This document shows positions 13,641 to 29,450 of a stretch of DNA of 64,000 nucleotides, piece after piece; the stretch's first letter is position 1, and each line of letters begins with the position of its first letter. The notes beneath the pieces were generated by a model. That model was given only the letters and a program-made list of their open reading frames with translations, was not told where the DNA came from and made no database searches. This DNA comes from Octopus sinensis (taxonomy: Eukaryota), in the NCBI RefSeq assembly GCF_006345805.1, contig NC_043006.1:10168001-10232000 (forward strand), given 5' to 3'. Made by a program: the position numbers and the translations under genes.

Positions 13641-13961
13641 ATATATATATATATATTTATATATATATGTATATATATGTATATATGTGTATGTGCGTGT
13701 GCACCCGTGTTTATGCGTTTGTATACATGTATATGTATGTATACGTGAATTTATGACAAAGGTACAGGAATTACGTAATCATATACGTTAGCTTAATGTT
13801 TTTTTCTACTTTAAGAACTATTGCACGCGACACCTTAATGCTCTCCCGGGACATTATAAATGAAGCCATGTATAATATTCCCTAGTCATCCGCTGTTTTA
13901 TTTTTAACCTTACGTATATTGAATTCTAACAGTTTCTAATAAGTCTCTGCTTACGTGAAAT

Positions 13962-14009
<48 letters not shown>

Positions 14010-15040
14010 ATAAATATATATACATACACACACACACACATATATATATATATAAATATAAATATAAATATATATATATAGCATGTTGAAAGTGATACTA
14101 AATTCCTTGCTTGTAATGGCATCGCAAAGAAATTGGTTCGTGTGGGCAGATTTAATATTCTGTATTCTTCATTCACTATGGAAACTTAATTTTAAAATTC
14201 TTGTATAGGAATTAATGTTTGTATTTTTGTTTTAAATATATTCCTATCGTTAATCGTGCCTAGTTTTATTTGACATTAACGTTACGTCAGCAATAGATTT
14301 AAATATTTATAAGTTGTATGTACCCTCATGTTTTTACTTTGGTTTTTTTTTGTTTTTTTTTTTGTTGTTTATTTCCGAATATTTACTCTATAAGTAGCAC
14401 ACCTGATCGTCTACACATCCCACCATTTTTTGAGTTAACTATATTGAAACAGCCAAAATTAAATCTGAAATAGTGATATTTTATGGTATTTTCTTAAATT
14501 TTGATTTAATCTTGTACGTTGAGACCTACATAAAACATCCTGTCATATGAATATTTTTACTTTTTACCTTGAAATTATTTGTATTGTTGTCTGTACAATT
14601 AATGAAATTTTTCTTATGTAGTTACTGAAGTTTTCGTCACATGGCTTTTTATCGATTTTCCTTATATTGCAACTTTGCACATAAGTCTGTCTGTTAGTCT
14701 CACATTAAATTTATGGGCAAAATTGTTTCCTTTAATAAATAAAATTGGAAAATGTAATTAAAATTTCCAGCCGTTATCGAAATGAATTTTTTTATGAAAA
14801 CATTTTTAAAAATAGAGCATTCCACTATAAACAATGAAGTATTTATGAATGTAGAACTTTACCAACATCAATATTACTTAGTTTTTCTGGCATATTTAGA
14901 TATTTGTGCCTCGTTTAATAATCTGTAATTAGTTGAGGCCATGTTGAGTGCAATCATTCCGTCGCCATATTATTTGGGATAGAAGAGAAGAATTATGACA
15001 TTCAGGTGTAGGTACCCTAAAATCATTATATCATAAGCTC

Positions 15041-15099
15041 CATAAGCCTTGTGAGTGGATATGGTAGGCGGAAACTGAAAGAAGCCCGTCGTATATATG

Positions 15100-15175
<76 letters not shown>

Positions 15176-15272
15176 GTGTGTGTGTTAAAGAATAAGTCCT
15201 GGGGTTGATTTTCTCGACTAAAGGCGGTGCTCCAGCATGGCCGCTGTCAGATGATTGAAACAAGTAAAAGAA
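15041..15272 (+). mobile_element. Family A SINE, internally deleted fragment
   Basis: GCCTTGTGAGTGGAT...GAAACTGAAAGAAGCCCGTCG, then TA/TG tract, then GGTGCTCCAGCATGGCCGC...GAAACAAGTAAAAG. Confidence 0.85.
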
Positions 15273-15929
15273 TAATGAGAGACATAATACAAAACACTGG
15301 AATTTTAGACCTAGTAAATTGCAGATTTTTACATATGAGGCACTTTCAATGTTCCTTTCTACTACAAAGTTATTTTCTATAATTTAAGTCGTTAAAGTCT
15401 TTCAGTTCCTTAGCTTACTGGCAAAGCTCTCCAGGTTTTCTGTCATTTACGTCTCTAATATAATAAATGTTCGTTAGTTTTTACTTCTGAAAATTTCTAG
15501 TAAACGTTTGCGATCCTTTAAGAATTTCCAGTATATCAGATTGTAGCTTTAAACATATATCGAAATCGGTAGCCTTTATCAAATGTTACGTCCGATTAAT
15601 GTGGAGCCAATAGGCTTTAGCATGATTGATAAATCTGAGATAATGGGGTGGGAAGCTTGAAAATAATGTTTGTTTTCTTGCTATATTGAAATATTAAAGG
15701 ATGTTGAATCTTCTGCTCCCCGGAATTAATTGCTTTTGAGGTAACTAAATCATTAAGAGCCTATTTATTTCACAGTATTTCCATGTAACAATCTCGAAAG
15801 ATTGCTAGTATACAGTATTTTTATCAATCAGTTTGATAAAGAATCATTAACTAGTGGATATTCTTTGTATATAACACACACTTATACAAAAATATATGAT
15901 ATATATATATATATACATGCGTATATACT

Positions 15930-16140
15930 CTCTTTTACTCTTTTAATTGTTTCAAACATTTCACAGCAACCAAACTGGAGCACCGCCTTTAGTCGAGAAA
16001 ATCGACCCCTGACCTTATTCTTTGTAAGCCTAGTATTTATTCTAGCGGTTTCTTTTGCCTAACCGCTTAGTTACGGGGACGTAAACACACCAACATCGGT
16101 TGTCAATCGATGTTGGATGGATAAACATAGACACACAAAT

Positions 16141-16187
<47 letters not shown>

Positions 16188-16342
16188 CGATTGGTTTCTT
16201 TTAGTTTCCATCTGCCAAATCCACTCACAAGGCTTTGGTCAACCTGAGGCTATAGTAGAAGGCACTTGCCGAAGGTGCCATGCAGTGGGTGTGAACCCAT
16301 AAGCATTTTTTTGGTAAGCAAGCTACTTACCACACACCACTC
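15930..16342 (-). mobile_element. Family A SINE, diverged, near full length
   Basis: All segments are recognisable, with many substitutions. Confidence 0.85.
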
Positions 16343-16344
16343 TC

Positions 16345-16394
<50 letters not shown>

Positions 16395-16396
<2 letters not shown>

Positions 16397-17177
16397 AAGG
16401 TACAATACTTAGTAGCTAAAAATATAATGGATACAATAATTAGGGGATCAATTAATGCTCTCTCAAATGTTGACGCAAGGATATCAATTTCAGTGTACGG
16501 GGTACATCGATTATTTCGACGCCAATGATCAACTTTTGTTTTAACAACCACGAAAGAATGGAAGGCAAATCCTACCTCCCTGGAATTTGAATTCAGAACC
16601 TACACATAGACTAAATGCCCAAAACATTTTACCCGGTGTCCTAACTGTTCTCCCAGCTCACATCCTGAAGGTTTTAATTAATGGTAAATCCTTAAATTCC
16701 AAAGCCTTATATCATTGCAGTAAATCCATTGGTGGGAGTGTACATGTATATTCATAATCGGGTAACATTATTCTTCAGCTTAAGATATGCTTAAAACCAA
16801 GTAAACACAAAGTTCATAGATCGATCACGATTACTTTCAATACTTGTTTCTTTACAAATAAACATTACTCCTTACTGCATAATTATAAAACGCATATACT
16901 GATATAATTGATTTGAATTAATTTCACTTAAAACGATGAGCTCTACGAATCAGCATGGACAGTACCAGCTGAGCTAGTTCATTAAAAACTGCTTATTTAA
17001 ATGCAAAATAATATCTGTTGAAATTAATTAAATTATCATCTGTGAATTGTATGCTTTTCTTCATTTTAACCCCCTCTCCCCTCTTGCTCCCAACTCTCCC
17101 CCTCTTCTTTCCTCCATCTTTCACTCTCCCTCTGTATGTGTGTGTGTGCACGTGTGTGCATATATATATATGTATGC

Positions 17178-17252
<75 letters not shown>

Positions 17253-18036
17253 AAGGTACAATACTTAGTAGCTAAAAATATAATGGATACAATAATTAGG
17301 GGATCAATTAATGCTCTCTCAAATGTTGACGCAAGGATATCAATTTCAGTGTGGGGGGGTACATCGATTATTTCGACGCCAATGATCAACTTTGTTTAAA
17401 CAACCACGAAAGAATGGAAGGCAAATCCTACCTCCCTGGAATTTGAATTCAGAACCTACACATAGACTAAATGCCCAAAACATTTACCCGGTGTCCTAAC
17501 TGTTCTCCCAGCTCACATCCTGAAGGTTTTAATTAATGGTAAATCCTAAATTCCAAAGCCTTATATCATTGCAGTAAATCCATTGGTGGGAGTGTACATG
17601 TATATTCATAATCGGGTAACATTATTCTTCAGCTTAAGATATGCTTAAAACCAAGTAAACACAAAGTTCATAGATCGATCACGATTAATTTCAATACTTG
17701 TTTCTTTACAAATAAACATTACTCCTTACTGCATAATTAATAAACGCATATAACTGATATAAATTGATTTGAATTAATTTCACTTAAAACGATGAGCTCT
17801 ACGAATCAGCATGGACAGTACCAGCTGAGCTAGTTCATTAAAAACTGCTTATTTAAATGCAAAATTAATATCTGTTGAAATTAATTAAATTATCATCTGT
17901 GAATTGTATGCTTTTCTTCATTTTAACCCCCTCTCCCCTCTTGCTCACAACTCTCCCCCTCTTCTTTCCTCCATATTTCACTCTCCCTTGTATGTGTGTG
18001 GTGCACGTGTGTGCATATACATATATATGTCTGCAT

Positions 18037-18040
<4 letters not shown>
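16395..18040. repeat. Head-to-tail tandem duplication, period 856 bp; each unit contains a decayed family B SINE
   Basis: AGAAGGTACAATACTTAGTAGC starts at 16395 and at 17251. The units are collinear throughout and separated by (TA)n. Confidence 0.97.
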
Positions 18041-18089
<49 letters not shown>

Positions 18090-18257
18090 GTATGTATGTA
18101 TATATATATATATATATATATTTGTATATGTATAATATATATAATATATATATATTATATATATATATATACATGCGCACACATACAGAAACAGAGAGAG
18201 AGAAAGATGGAGAAAAGAAGAGGAGAATTGGGAGCGAGAAGGGGAGAGGGGGTTTTA
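17923..18257. repeat. Diverged foldback: pyrimidine-rich arm, (TA)n core, purine-rich inverted arm
   Basis: TTAACCCCCTCTCCCCTC...CCTCCAT (17923-) versus ATGGAGAAAAGAAG...GGGGAGAGGGGGTTTTA (-18257). Confidence 0.75.
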
Positions 18258-18474
18258 TATATATAAATTTTATATGTTTGGAGGTGCTTGTGTGTGTGTG
18301 TGTGCAGCACTTATATACAGAGTGGCTGGGCAAAGCAATGGAAACACTATTTTTCTGATTGCAAGTAGAAGTGATATGCATTGTGTATTCTTTGTAAGTC
18401 ATCATTATAGCCTTAGGTTTTCTTTTGTATTTTGTTTTCTTTTTTCGTTTCTGAAGTTATTTGAATACGTTAAA

Positions 18475-19100
18475 ATACTTCAGTTAACGGATTTCCAACG
18501 AGAAGAAATTATGTCGAACAGTGCATTCTCTAAAATTATGTTGGCATTTCAAAACAAAGCTTAAACCAGCCGTAGAAAATATGATTCTGTACGAAAAAAA
18601 ACGATTACAGAGAGACCGGAGATTAGTGGTCGTGTAGTGTCTACAGATCATTAAAATACGCAGGAAATTTAATAGCAGGATTATACTACCTCCTTGGCAC
18701 TTCCGAGTTAACCCAAATCGTCCGTATTCAGTTCTATGTACATGGACAACACAAGAGGGCTACAGTTGCTAACTTTTTGCGATCGATGACAGAGTGGGAC
18801 AAAATCATCTGACGAATCGTTATCTTCTTTTATCTCATCTTGGGATAAATAAAAGTTCGATGAATTCGACCCTACTGTTAGACGTCTGCCTCTACGCACG
18901 AAAGATTTATTATGATGATTTGATTAGCCTAATCATGAAAACACCGGGTCGTTTAGTTGTTCTAAATGCAAAAGTCAATGCCAGAGACCATGTATACTGG
19001 CTGACGAACCCCATCCTGCAGTCTTTGTTCTAATTATTGCTAGAATAAAAGTTTTCACGAAACAACTGCGACTTCGCGGGAATCCAGATGTGCTGAGTGG
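18475..19100 (+). mobile_element. Heavily decayed Tc1-like transposase
   Basis: Frame fragments LTDFQREEI, SAFSKIMLAFQNKA*TS, SDES and GRLVVLNAKVNA occur in Tc1 order and resemble the copy at 59251-60172. Confidence 0.55.
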
Positions 19101-19275
19101 CTCTTCTTTCTGGGCAAGTAATACATTGCTAAGAGAGTGAGATTGACACTGTGCAAGGATTAGCGACCCTTTAAAAAAGCTGCAAGCACAATCTTCGCTT
19201 AATTCTCAACATCGCTAATAACATCTATATTATGTGCGGTGTATTATGGTTGATCGTAGCCAGAACACGAAAAAC

Positions 19276-19351
<76 letters not shown>

Positions 19352-19383
19352 GTGAGTGAGAGAGAGAGAGAGAGAGATATGCA

Positions 19384-19530
19384 TATACGACGGGCTTCTT
19401 TTAGCTTCCATCTAGAAAATCGAATTACAAGGCTTTGGTTATCCCAAGGATTTAGTAAAAGATATTTGCCCAACGTGCCACACAATAGGACTAAATTCGA
19501 AGTACGCCTACATATATTGACACATGTTTA
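19384..19530 (-). mobile_element. Decayed family A SINE 5' half
   Basis: CGACGGGCTTCTTT...ACAAGGCTTTGG...TTGCCCAACGTGCCAC. Confidence 0.7.
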
Positions 19531-20303
19531 TAGCAAAACAGTGATTCATTAAGAAATATCAATTCTTTTTGTCACCATAAAAACATTGAAATATTTACAG
19601 AAACCTTCCTTTCAATCATTAGTTAAACTGAATTAACAAAATAAGTCAATTAAACATTTACAGTCAACGAGATGTGTCTTGAATATTTTTCATTATTTTC
19701 ATCGTGTTCTTCATTGATTTTTGCTTTTGTTGACCTTATCAGCAATGAAAGAAACATAAAGTGTCTCTTTGTTAGGTACCCATTAGAAATCCTTTAAACT
19801 CCCAAGAAATAATTCAATTTATTTACTTTCAGATAATATGAAGCAGTGTTGCTAATTAATTATTCGATAATTCTATAAACCAATCTCTGTTTGGAAGATC
19901 AATATAGAAAAATTCCACGATATCATCAAAACTGAACGGCACTTCTTAAAATTCAATCTGAAAGCACTTCGACAATCATCTCTGATTAGTATCGTAACAA
20001 GCCCCTTTTCTTTCTTTCTACGGGTTTAAAAGAAAATGGAACAAATGAACGCGTATGATAGAATAGAAAAGGAATAATACAAATATATTTTATCACAAGA
20101 TTAAACAATAGATTATAAATAACAAGTGAACATTTGCAATACGATCAAATAGTATTAATGTTAACATTAACTAATCTAGCAAATCTTACGTAGAATTATT
20201 TGTTAGATTAATATACCGGGCTTAGCTAGTATATTAGTACTTATTATGCATGAGACTATAATGTAGCTTTTCATTCAATATATTACTATTCTCTCTCTCT
20301 CTC

Positions 20304-20376
<73 letters not shown>

Positions 20377-20377
<1 letters not shown>

Positions 20378-20520
20378 CGGCCATGCTAGGACTTATTCTT
20401 TGTAAGCCTAGTACTTATATTATCGGTATATTTTGCCGAAACCCTAAGTTACGGGGACATAAACACACCAGCATCGATTGTCTTGCGATGTTGGAGGGAC
20501 AAACATGCCTACACAAATAT
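20377..20520 (-). mobile_element. Family A SINE fragment
   Basis: GGACTTATTCTTTGTAAGCCTAGTACTTA...TTACGGGGACATAAACACACCAGCATCG. Confidence 0.8.
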
Positions 20521-20534
20521 ATACACACGCATAA

Positions 20535-20576
<42 letters not shown>

Positions 20577-20661
20577 CTATATATAATATAAGTAATATAT
20601 AAATATATGCATATCTACATACATATTTGTACATACTTACATGTATATGTATATATACAAG

Positions 20662-20970
20662 CATATATGGGTACAGGACATCAAGAAACACGTAGACATC
20701 ATAAGAAAAAAAAATGAAAACAAAAACATAGAAAACAAACATTTTGTCAAACAAGAAAAAAACAGAGAAATGAGACAAGCAACATAAAGAAAATTCCCCT
20801 TAATCACTTGTCCCCTGTTTTATCTACTCCGCCTGTTCTTAATGTTGCCTGTCTCGTTCCTCTGTTTTTTCGTTGTTCGAAAAAAAATTCGTTTTCTATG
20901 GTTTTGTTTTTATATATATGTTTTCGTTTCTCATTCTGTCTACGTTTTTTATGTGCTTTGCCCATATATG
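20662..20970. mobile_element. Inverted pair of a repeat also found at 53340-53460 (Penelope pseudo-LTR-like)
   Basis: Arms 20662-20790 and 20838-20970 are diverged reverse complements. GGGTACAGGAC and TATCTACTCCGC are shared with the reverse strand of 53315-53460. The Penelope assignment is inference. Confidence 0.6.
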
Positions 20971-21253
20971 CATGTATATATACATATGTATGTAGGTATG
21001 TACGGATATGTATGTGTATATGCATATATTTATATATTATTTATATTATAGGATTGAACGCCATGTATCATTTTCCAAGTAAGTTTTATATATATATATA
21101 TACATAAATATATATATATATATATCTCTATGTATATATATATACATATACACACATATATATGCATATATATACATATAATTACATACATATATGTGTG
21201 TGTATATATGAATATATTTATATACACACACACATATATATAATATATATATA

Positions 21254-21293
<40 letters not shown>

Positions 21294-22266
21294 TATATAC
21301 ATTTATGCATACCACAACGCATATCTACACACACAAAGGCACGCCCGTATACACACGGCTAAGTCGTTATGAACTTATTACTTCTGAAGATATGTCACTC
21401 CAGCTTCAACCCAAATACATAGTGTATTCGACAAGTTCCTCAGTGACAGGCGTCGACCATAACCCTTTAACCCCGAGAGGCTAAACAGAAACATTTCTTA
21501 CGCCTTATGAGTTTTAATTGAAATTCAACATGTCTACCGTCATGCCGTTTTGTCCTTGTATATATATATATAATATACTCAGTGTGTCTGGAATATCCAG
21601 TCACATGCTTCTTATCTCCGAAACTCAAAGGCTTTATGTTCTCAGAAATATGACATCATCATAAGTTCCATTACAGATTGTGTTGCAACATTGTGTAGAA
21701 ATATAAGAATGTGTAAACATCTCAACATTTATAGAATATACAAGATTTTAAATTTTAAAATCGTCTAGTCGATATAACTAGTATCTTGATGCGTATAGAT
21801 TTGCATTTTTTCTGGAATGTTAATAAACATTTTCTATATCGTATGAGATATCCAAGTTCAATAGACCTTAGCCAGATTACTTGATGAAATTTTTGCTTCA
21901 TTCCACCATTTTAAATTAAATTGGCTAACCGCCTCTTATTCACTGTCTGTTATTTCGATCGAGTTTACGCAGATAGTTAACTTGTTAAAGATATTATTTA
22001 TAGAAAGACTCAATTCGGTGCCTTTGTTTCTGATTTGATTTTGGCATCACTTATTTTCGTTATGTTATCCATATTAACCAATATTAGCCTTCAATTGAAA
22101 ATAGATTAGACTATATATCCAAATTCTATTTTGAATCTAAAAATTAGGTGGTTTCAAATTATCATTAATTATATAAATGAAAAAGAAAAGAACGTACGAT
22201 AGATACACGGACAAAAATGGTAAGTAATATGATTATATGGACTCACATTGTTAAATATGTATGCTT

Positions 22267-22303
<37 letters not shown>

Positions 22304-22313
22304 CGCGTGTGTG

Positions 22314-22365
<52 letters not shown>

Positions 22366-22504
22366 GCGGGTAACCTCTGCTTAAGTAGTACTAATTTACG
22401 CTATGAACATCCTTTCCCATTTTAATGTTTAGTCCTAAATTTTTTTAATCTACAGAAATTTTTCCGTCCAGAAAAAATAAGGTGTTATCCTTATATAGAC
22501 TCCC

Positions 22505-22587
22505 CTGTATGTATATATGTATGTATGCATGCATGCATGCATGTATGTATGTATGTATGTATGTATGTATGTATGTATGTATGTATG

Positions 22588-22618
<31 letters not shown>

Positions 22619-22654
22619 GTATGTGTGCATATGTATGTATGTATGTATGTGTGC

Positions 22655-22685
<31 letters not shown>

Positions 22686-22770
22686 TGTGTGTATATGTAT
22701 GTGTGTATGTGTGTTTGTGGTTGCGTTTGTGTGTATGTATATGTATATGCAAATGTGTGTGTGTGTGCGT
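22505..22770. repeat. (TATG)n/(TG)n microsatellite
   Basis: Read directly. Confidence 0.97.
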
Positions 22771-23748
22771 GTAAACAGCAGATTCAAGATTTAAATTCTT
22801 ACTTAATTTAAACGAATAAAAACATATTGTTATATAAACATGAGAAATCCTTACTAAAATGTAGTCTCCTATATTAGCCAAATCAAATTACCATTGGATA
22901 TTATCATTAATAATGCTCTCAATACTGTGACACAATAACTAGAAAACTTCACCTAAGCAGCCAAAACACCACACCCCTACTCTTTGACATGCGCAGAAAA
23001 AAACACAGCACACACAGGTAATTAAAAAGGGTCCAAAATAATATGATAGTCTCTAAAATTCTACAGCTGAGTAACGTAGTAACTAGTCAAAAGTGCTGTC
23101 AGTCTTACGATCTCTTTTTGACCTATCATCAGTTGCAACAATCTCAGAAAACACTACACTTTCTCTCATTCTGTCAGTCTTTTTTTGCGTCTTTATTTCC
23201 GTCATATTTTTTTCTCTCTCACCAAGGTGCCAAAAGTTCACCACACATACATACCCTCACGCCCATAAATACACACACATGTATACACTCATATATACAA
23301 GTACATGTATACAAACACATTCAAAATAACTAAGGACATCCCAACCACTCCCACAACTCACCGAACTCACATACATATAAAACATATATAAAGAACTTAT
23401 ATAAAGAATTAAAGAATTTCCTATGAATATAGCATTGATAATTACGCGCTCAGAAGCGATGAATGTGTTAAATAAATCATTTTTAGCAAAACCCCGACTC
23501 CCTGATGCTTCTTAGTATATAGAATCTGTACATCATTCCAAACAATATCTAGATACACATACACACACACACAAGCACATACACAAACATACCATGTATA
23601 TATATATATATATATATATATCATATAATATATAAAATATATACTATGTATTTGTGTGCGTGAATGTATGTAGGTATGTATATATCAATGTATGTATGTA
23701 TGCATATATATATATATATGTATATAATAGTATTGTTATAATGGTATG

Positions 23749-23780
<32 letters not shown>

Positions 23781-24351
23781 ATATTGAAGTCATGGACGAT
23801 ATTGCAAATAATATCATATATCAGTATATGATATATTCATGCCGAATATAAATATATATAAACTATACTTTAATTGAGATTGTGAAGACGAATATATGAA
23901 TTGGAGATTAATGTAATTAATATCATATTGTGCTGTATTTAAACTTGGTACATTATAAATCAGATTCTAAAAAACTGTTTGAAAATTTTGCACCCTATAA
24001 TACATAATATCATAATACAAGGTAATTAACTGATAATATGTATTGTGTTAAAATTGAGTAGGTGTATATATTTGTGTTTATTTGTGCGTGCAAACGAATG
24101 TATGTATATTCCCGTCTGTGAATGTATGCCTTCATGGAGTCGGCACCTGTGTATCTGTCACTCTGTGGGCGTTTTATCAATTTCAGTGTGAAAGTTTATG
24201 AGCAAATTTGTTACCCAATTTCAATCAGTTTCTTCATTTGAATAAAGCAATATATTTCAGTTTTTGAGATTACGCCAATAATATTAGAATATAATATATT
24301 CAAATTCAAAACATTGTGCAAATAATATCTTAAACTTAACTGTATAAACGC

Positions 24352-24382
<31 letters not shown>

Positions 24383-24914
24383 TACACATATAATTAGATT
24401 ATGTATTTATATATGTATGGGTGTGTTTGAGTATGTATGTATATATGAATGTATATATATATATATATCTGTGCGTATGAATATATATATAGATATATGA
24501 ATATATATATAGATATATGAATATAGTATTCTCCCGTCGCATTATATATTGTAACGCAGTATATTTTAAGTGAGGACAAGGGGCATAATGCAATAAGCAC
24601 AATGAAAAGTATTTAAATGACACTGAAGTTACTTTATTGATCATAATTTATCATAAATGAAGGTATTAATCTTGGCATTACTCTTTAAAACTAAAAAATA
24701 TCAACGCCTTCTTATTTCATCACCTTTTTCCGTGTCTACTTACCAACTACCTAAATGTCTGTTTCTTTACAAAGAGACTTGCACAGAAATTAATAAAGGG
24801 TTATCCTTATGAAAGTATGCACGTATGTATATTTTCCTATACTTAAATGACTACTCTGATTAATATGGATATAATTCGTGATCTCCCTAATATTAAATTT
24901 AGCCTCCTTAGGCA

Positions 24915-25110
24915 CGAAAGGGGTGTTGAAAAATTCCTTGTTTTAAGGGTATCGCAAAAGGCCTCATTGGAAGACCGAAATACTTTAGACAACATGTAGA
25001 CCACTGCAATAAGTGTGTGAATCTGAGAGAGGAATATGTTGAATCAATTCATAATTAACTGATTCGTTCAGTATTTTCTTTCACCCGAAGCCAGGTATTT
25101 CTCACATTAA
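24915..25110. mobile_element. Mariner-derived non-autonomous remnant (MITE-like)
   Basis: Starts ACGAAAGGGGTGTTGAAAAATTCCTTG (mariner TIR-like), contains HCNKCVNLREEYVE (mariner C-terminus-like) and ends AAGCCAGGTATTTCTCAC. Confidence 0.5.
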
Positions 25111-25223
25111 GATCGGTAAAATTTGTAGAGGCAGAATCACGCACATACATACATTTATATGTCTTTTATCTGTTACATTTATATGTATGTCTACCTATCT
25201 TTTAATATATATGTATATATATA

Positions 25224-26558
<1,335 letters not shown>

Positions 26559-26872
26559 AAGAGAAAGAGAAAGATGATTGTGCTTGAGAGTTCCATTGTG
26601 TATCTATGCATTTTATATTAACTTTGTGTAATTATCAATATATCACCAAAACACCGAAAAGCTTTATAAGAATACCTTTCTGATGCTTTCCTTGACTCCT
26701 GAATAAACGTCTTTGTATTAAGAAAAATGTATTAGCTCTTTAAGGAAACAATTGTCAGTAGACGATTGCAGACATCTCCCTCTTAAAACTGGGCGAATCA
26801 GAGTTTCAAAGTTTAAAATATTTATCTGATATCATTGACAGTATAAATTGATGATGGTAATTTTATACTCAC

Positions 26873-27001
26873 CGGAATGTCATTTTCCTCATCCATCAGT
26901 TTCAGACACAACCTATTCTCATGTGTATTGTTACAACAGGCCTTGGCCTTCTCTATTATTCTTTGAAGCTATCTGCCTTTTCACGAAAACTCTTCGTTCA
27001 T
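26873..27001 (-). other. Candidate spliced exon (129 nt, or 96 nt from the inner AG)
   Basis: Acceptor TATTACTTGCGTTTATCCGATCAG and donor CCG|GTGAGT. The last 96 nt read LQRIIEKAKACCNNTHENRLCLKLMDEENDIP; the first 33 nt contain stops in that frame. No homology recognised. Confidence 0.3.
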
Positions 27002-27873
27002 CTGATCGGATAAACGCAAGTAATATTTCGAAAAGCACTTAAGGAAATGATGAATTACTAATTATATAAATTCTTTATTTTGAAGTTTTGGAACTAGTTT
27101 TGTTTCGTTTCTTTTCTATGTTTTGTTAGTTTGTTTTCTAGAGACTTATTTGTGAAAGCTAAAAAAACGTCTAGAAATATACGGGCAAGTTGGAGAACTC
27201 TTACAGGATTAAGGACAACACATATATAAATCATAACACATTATATGTAAATAACGATCTAAATAGCGAATAATATTATAATTCAGCGAACACAGACGCA
27301 TACACACACACACACGCGCGCGCATATATATTCATAAAGTATTCATAAATTGCTATCCTTTTATTATAATATTCTTCTTAATAATCCTCTGAATAACCCT
27401 AAACTTTAACTGTATACAATATAGCAATATTGTTTAAAATATTTAACTATAGTACTACGTGATAAAATTCCCCCCGTTTCATTATCGATGGTGTGATAGT
27501 GCGAACCCCTTAATTGTCAGCTACTATCTTGTTTTAAGCTTTCCTTTACCAAACCTCATGATATTGCTTCTAATAAATATTGATTGTTATGACTATACCA
27601 ACTATGATGTCTGTCTGTGAGAGTAAATTAAATATTTAAAAGGTACGAACAAACTAACCAACATGAGTTGCTAGAAGTAACAGTCAAAACATTGAAATAT
27701 ACACGAGCAAAGTTAATATTAAAACATTTGTGAGCAAATATTAAATATTTAAAAGCTACGAACAAGTCAACAAGATTTGCTAGAAATAACAGTTAAAATA
27801 ATATTTAAAACACATTAAGAACGAGTTTGCAGTACATTCTAGGATTTTTTAAATAAATTATCTTTCTCATATC

Positions 27874-27942
<69 letters not shown>

Positions 27943-27944
27943 TA

Positions 27945-28220
27945 ATTTTTTTTTTAATCGTTGACTCATCGTAGACATTTTTAGAGAGTTACTTCCCTTA
28001 TATAATAGCGAAAAAATGCATTAAAATTGAAAAAAATTACGGTAATTTTTTTTTTAATCGTAGACTCGTCATAGACGCGCACTAATACCCAAAAGAGCTC
28101 GATATGAATCACGACTATAAGATACCCGATTTTGGTTAAACTGCACCGCAAAATATGGGAGTAGTTAGGAATCTAAATCGTAGGAGACAGACACACAACC
28201 TCTCTTTTATATATAAAGAT
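27945..28220 (-). mobile_element. Non-autonomous Helitron-like 5' portion
   Basis: Reverse strand begins A|TCTTTATATATAAAAGAGAGGTTGTGTGTCTGTC (TC start after A, as in Lep1-type Helitrons). Internal duplicated GAGTC(T/A)ACGATTAAAAAAAAA. No 3' CTRR end seen. Confidence 0.5.
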
Positions 28221-29299
28221 ATATATATATATATATATATATACATACATACATACATACATACATACATACATACTTATATATGTCTGTGTGTGTTTTC
28301 ATATATATAGCTCTATGTTATTTCGAAGCAAATAATTAAGCCTTGCTAGTTGTATTTTCCTTTATTCGTTTCCTTCATATATTTTCCATCTATTTTATAT
28401 TATCTGTGAGTAGTTACCGTACAACTGTGTAACACCAAATATCCTTCTTCCAATGTTATTACTATTCTTTGGTCCAAGTTCATGTTTTTAGCAAATTTCT
28501 AAGCGGATGAAACTATGAGATTACTATACATTGCTTCATATTTCGGTTGAATTTGCCTAATATTTCACCTCAAAGAACGTGGCTTGGTAGCTGTAAATAA
28601 TTGGAATATCTTATATTGTGGTTGCACTTCACCGTTTTGAAAATAACACCAGTCGTATCTCTTCTAGATATTTTTAGATTTAATTAATTTCAAAATATTT
28701 TTTATGAGAATTCTACTGTTTCACAAATTTCAACACTTCAATCGGAAGTTGAGAACATACTTTTGCTTGTTATTTATTTCTGTATCTATGCCTGTATCTA
28801 TACATGATTCCTTTCAGTTATATAGGAATACTTTATGCTAAAACATTCGAAGTGTTTTACATAGTTTCGCAGTAAAGTCGCGTACTACTTATTTCTGAAT
28901 TGATAGTGTTTCTTATATCTTAGTAAAAGACGAGATTCCCGCGATTGGTGCAAGAGAAGTTACTTATGTAATATAAAGCACAAATTATTACGAGAACAGA
29001 TATTATGTTTGTTTTTGTACTGGAAACCGCTTCTTCAGAGAGAGAATCGCTTCTTTATTAAATTTTCTCATGCTCAAGAATCTGTATGAAACAGTGAAGA
29101 CCATACATATATATCAATATGATTGTTACCCTTTTGTTGTCATTTCATAAGATAAGGACAATATCCACAGATTCCTCGTCTTTTCAGTATAGAAGTATTT
29201 ATTATTTATTTATTTATTTTTGCTGTATCTTTGACATTAATCTTAATAGTTCAAGAAACTAATTTTATGACCTAGCAAAATCGTTAACATGCCGGACAA

Positions 29300-29450
29300 A
29301 ACTCTTAGTGATATTTCATTCGTCTTCAAGTTCAAACCCGGCTAAGGTGGTCCTTACATTCGCTTATTTAGGGTCGATGAAATATGTACAAGTTACGCAC
29401 TTAGCTTGGCGTAATCGACTGACCCTTTCTCCCGAAACTGCTTGTATTTA
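29300..29450 (+). mobile_element. Very decayed family B-like SINE
   Basis: CGTTAACATGCCGG, TAGGGTCGATGAAAT, GTTACGCACT and TAATCGACTG occur in family B order. Confidence 0.55.

Noticed and set aside
27625-27830. CRISPR-like or otherwise functional array from about 110-bp direct repeats
   Set aside because: Only two diverged AT-rich units, no repeat-spacer pattern, and no cas genes.
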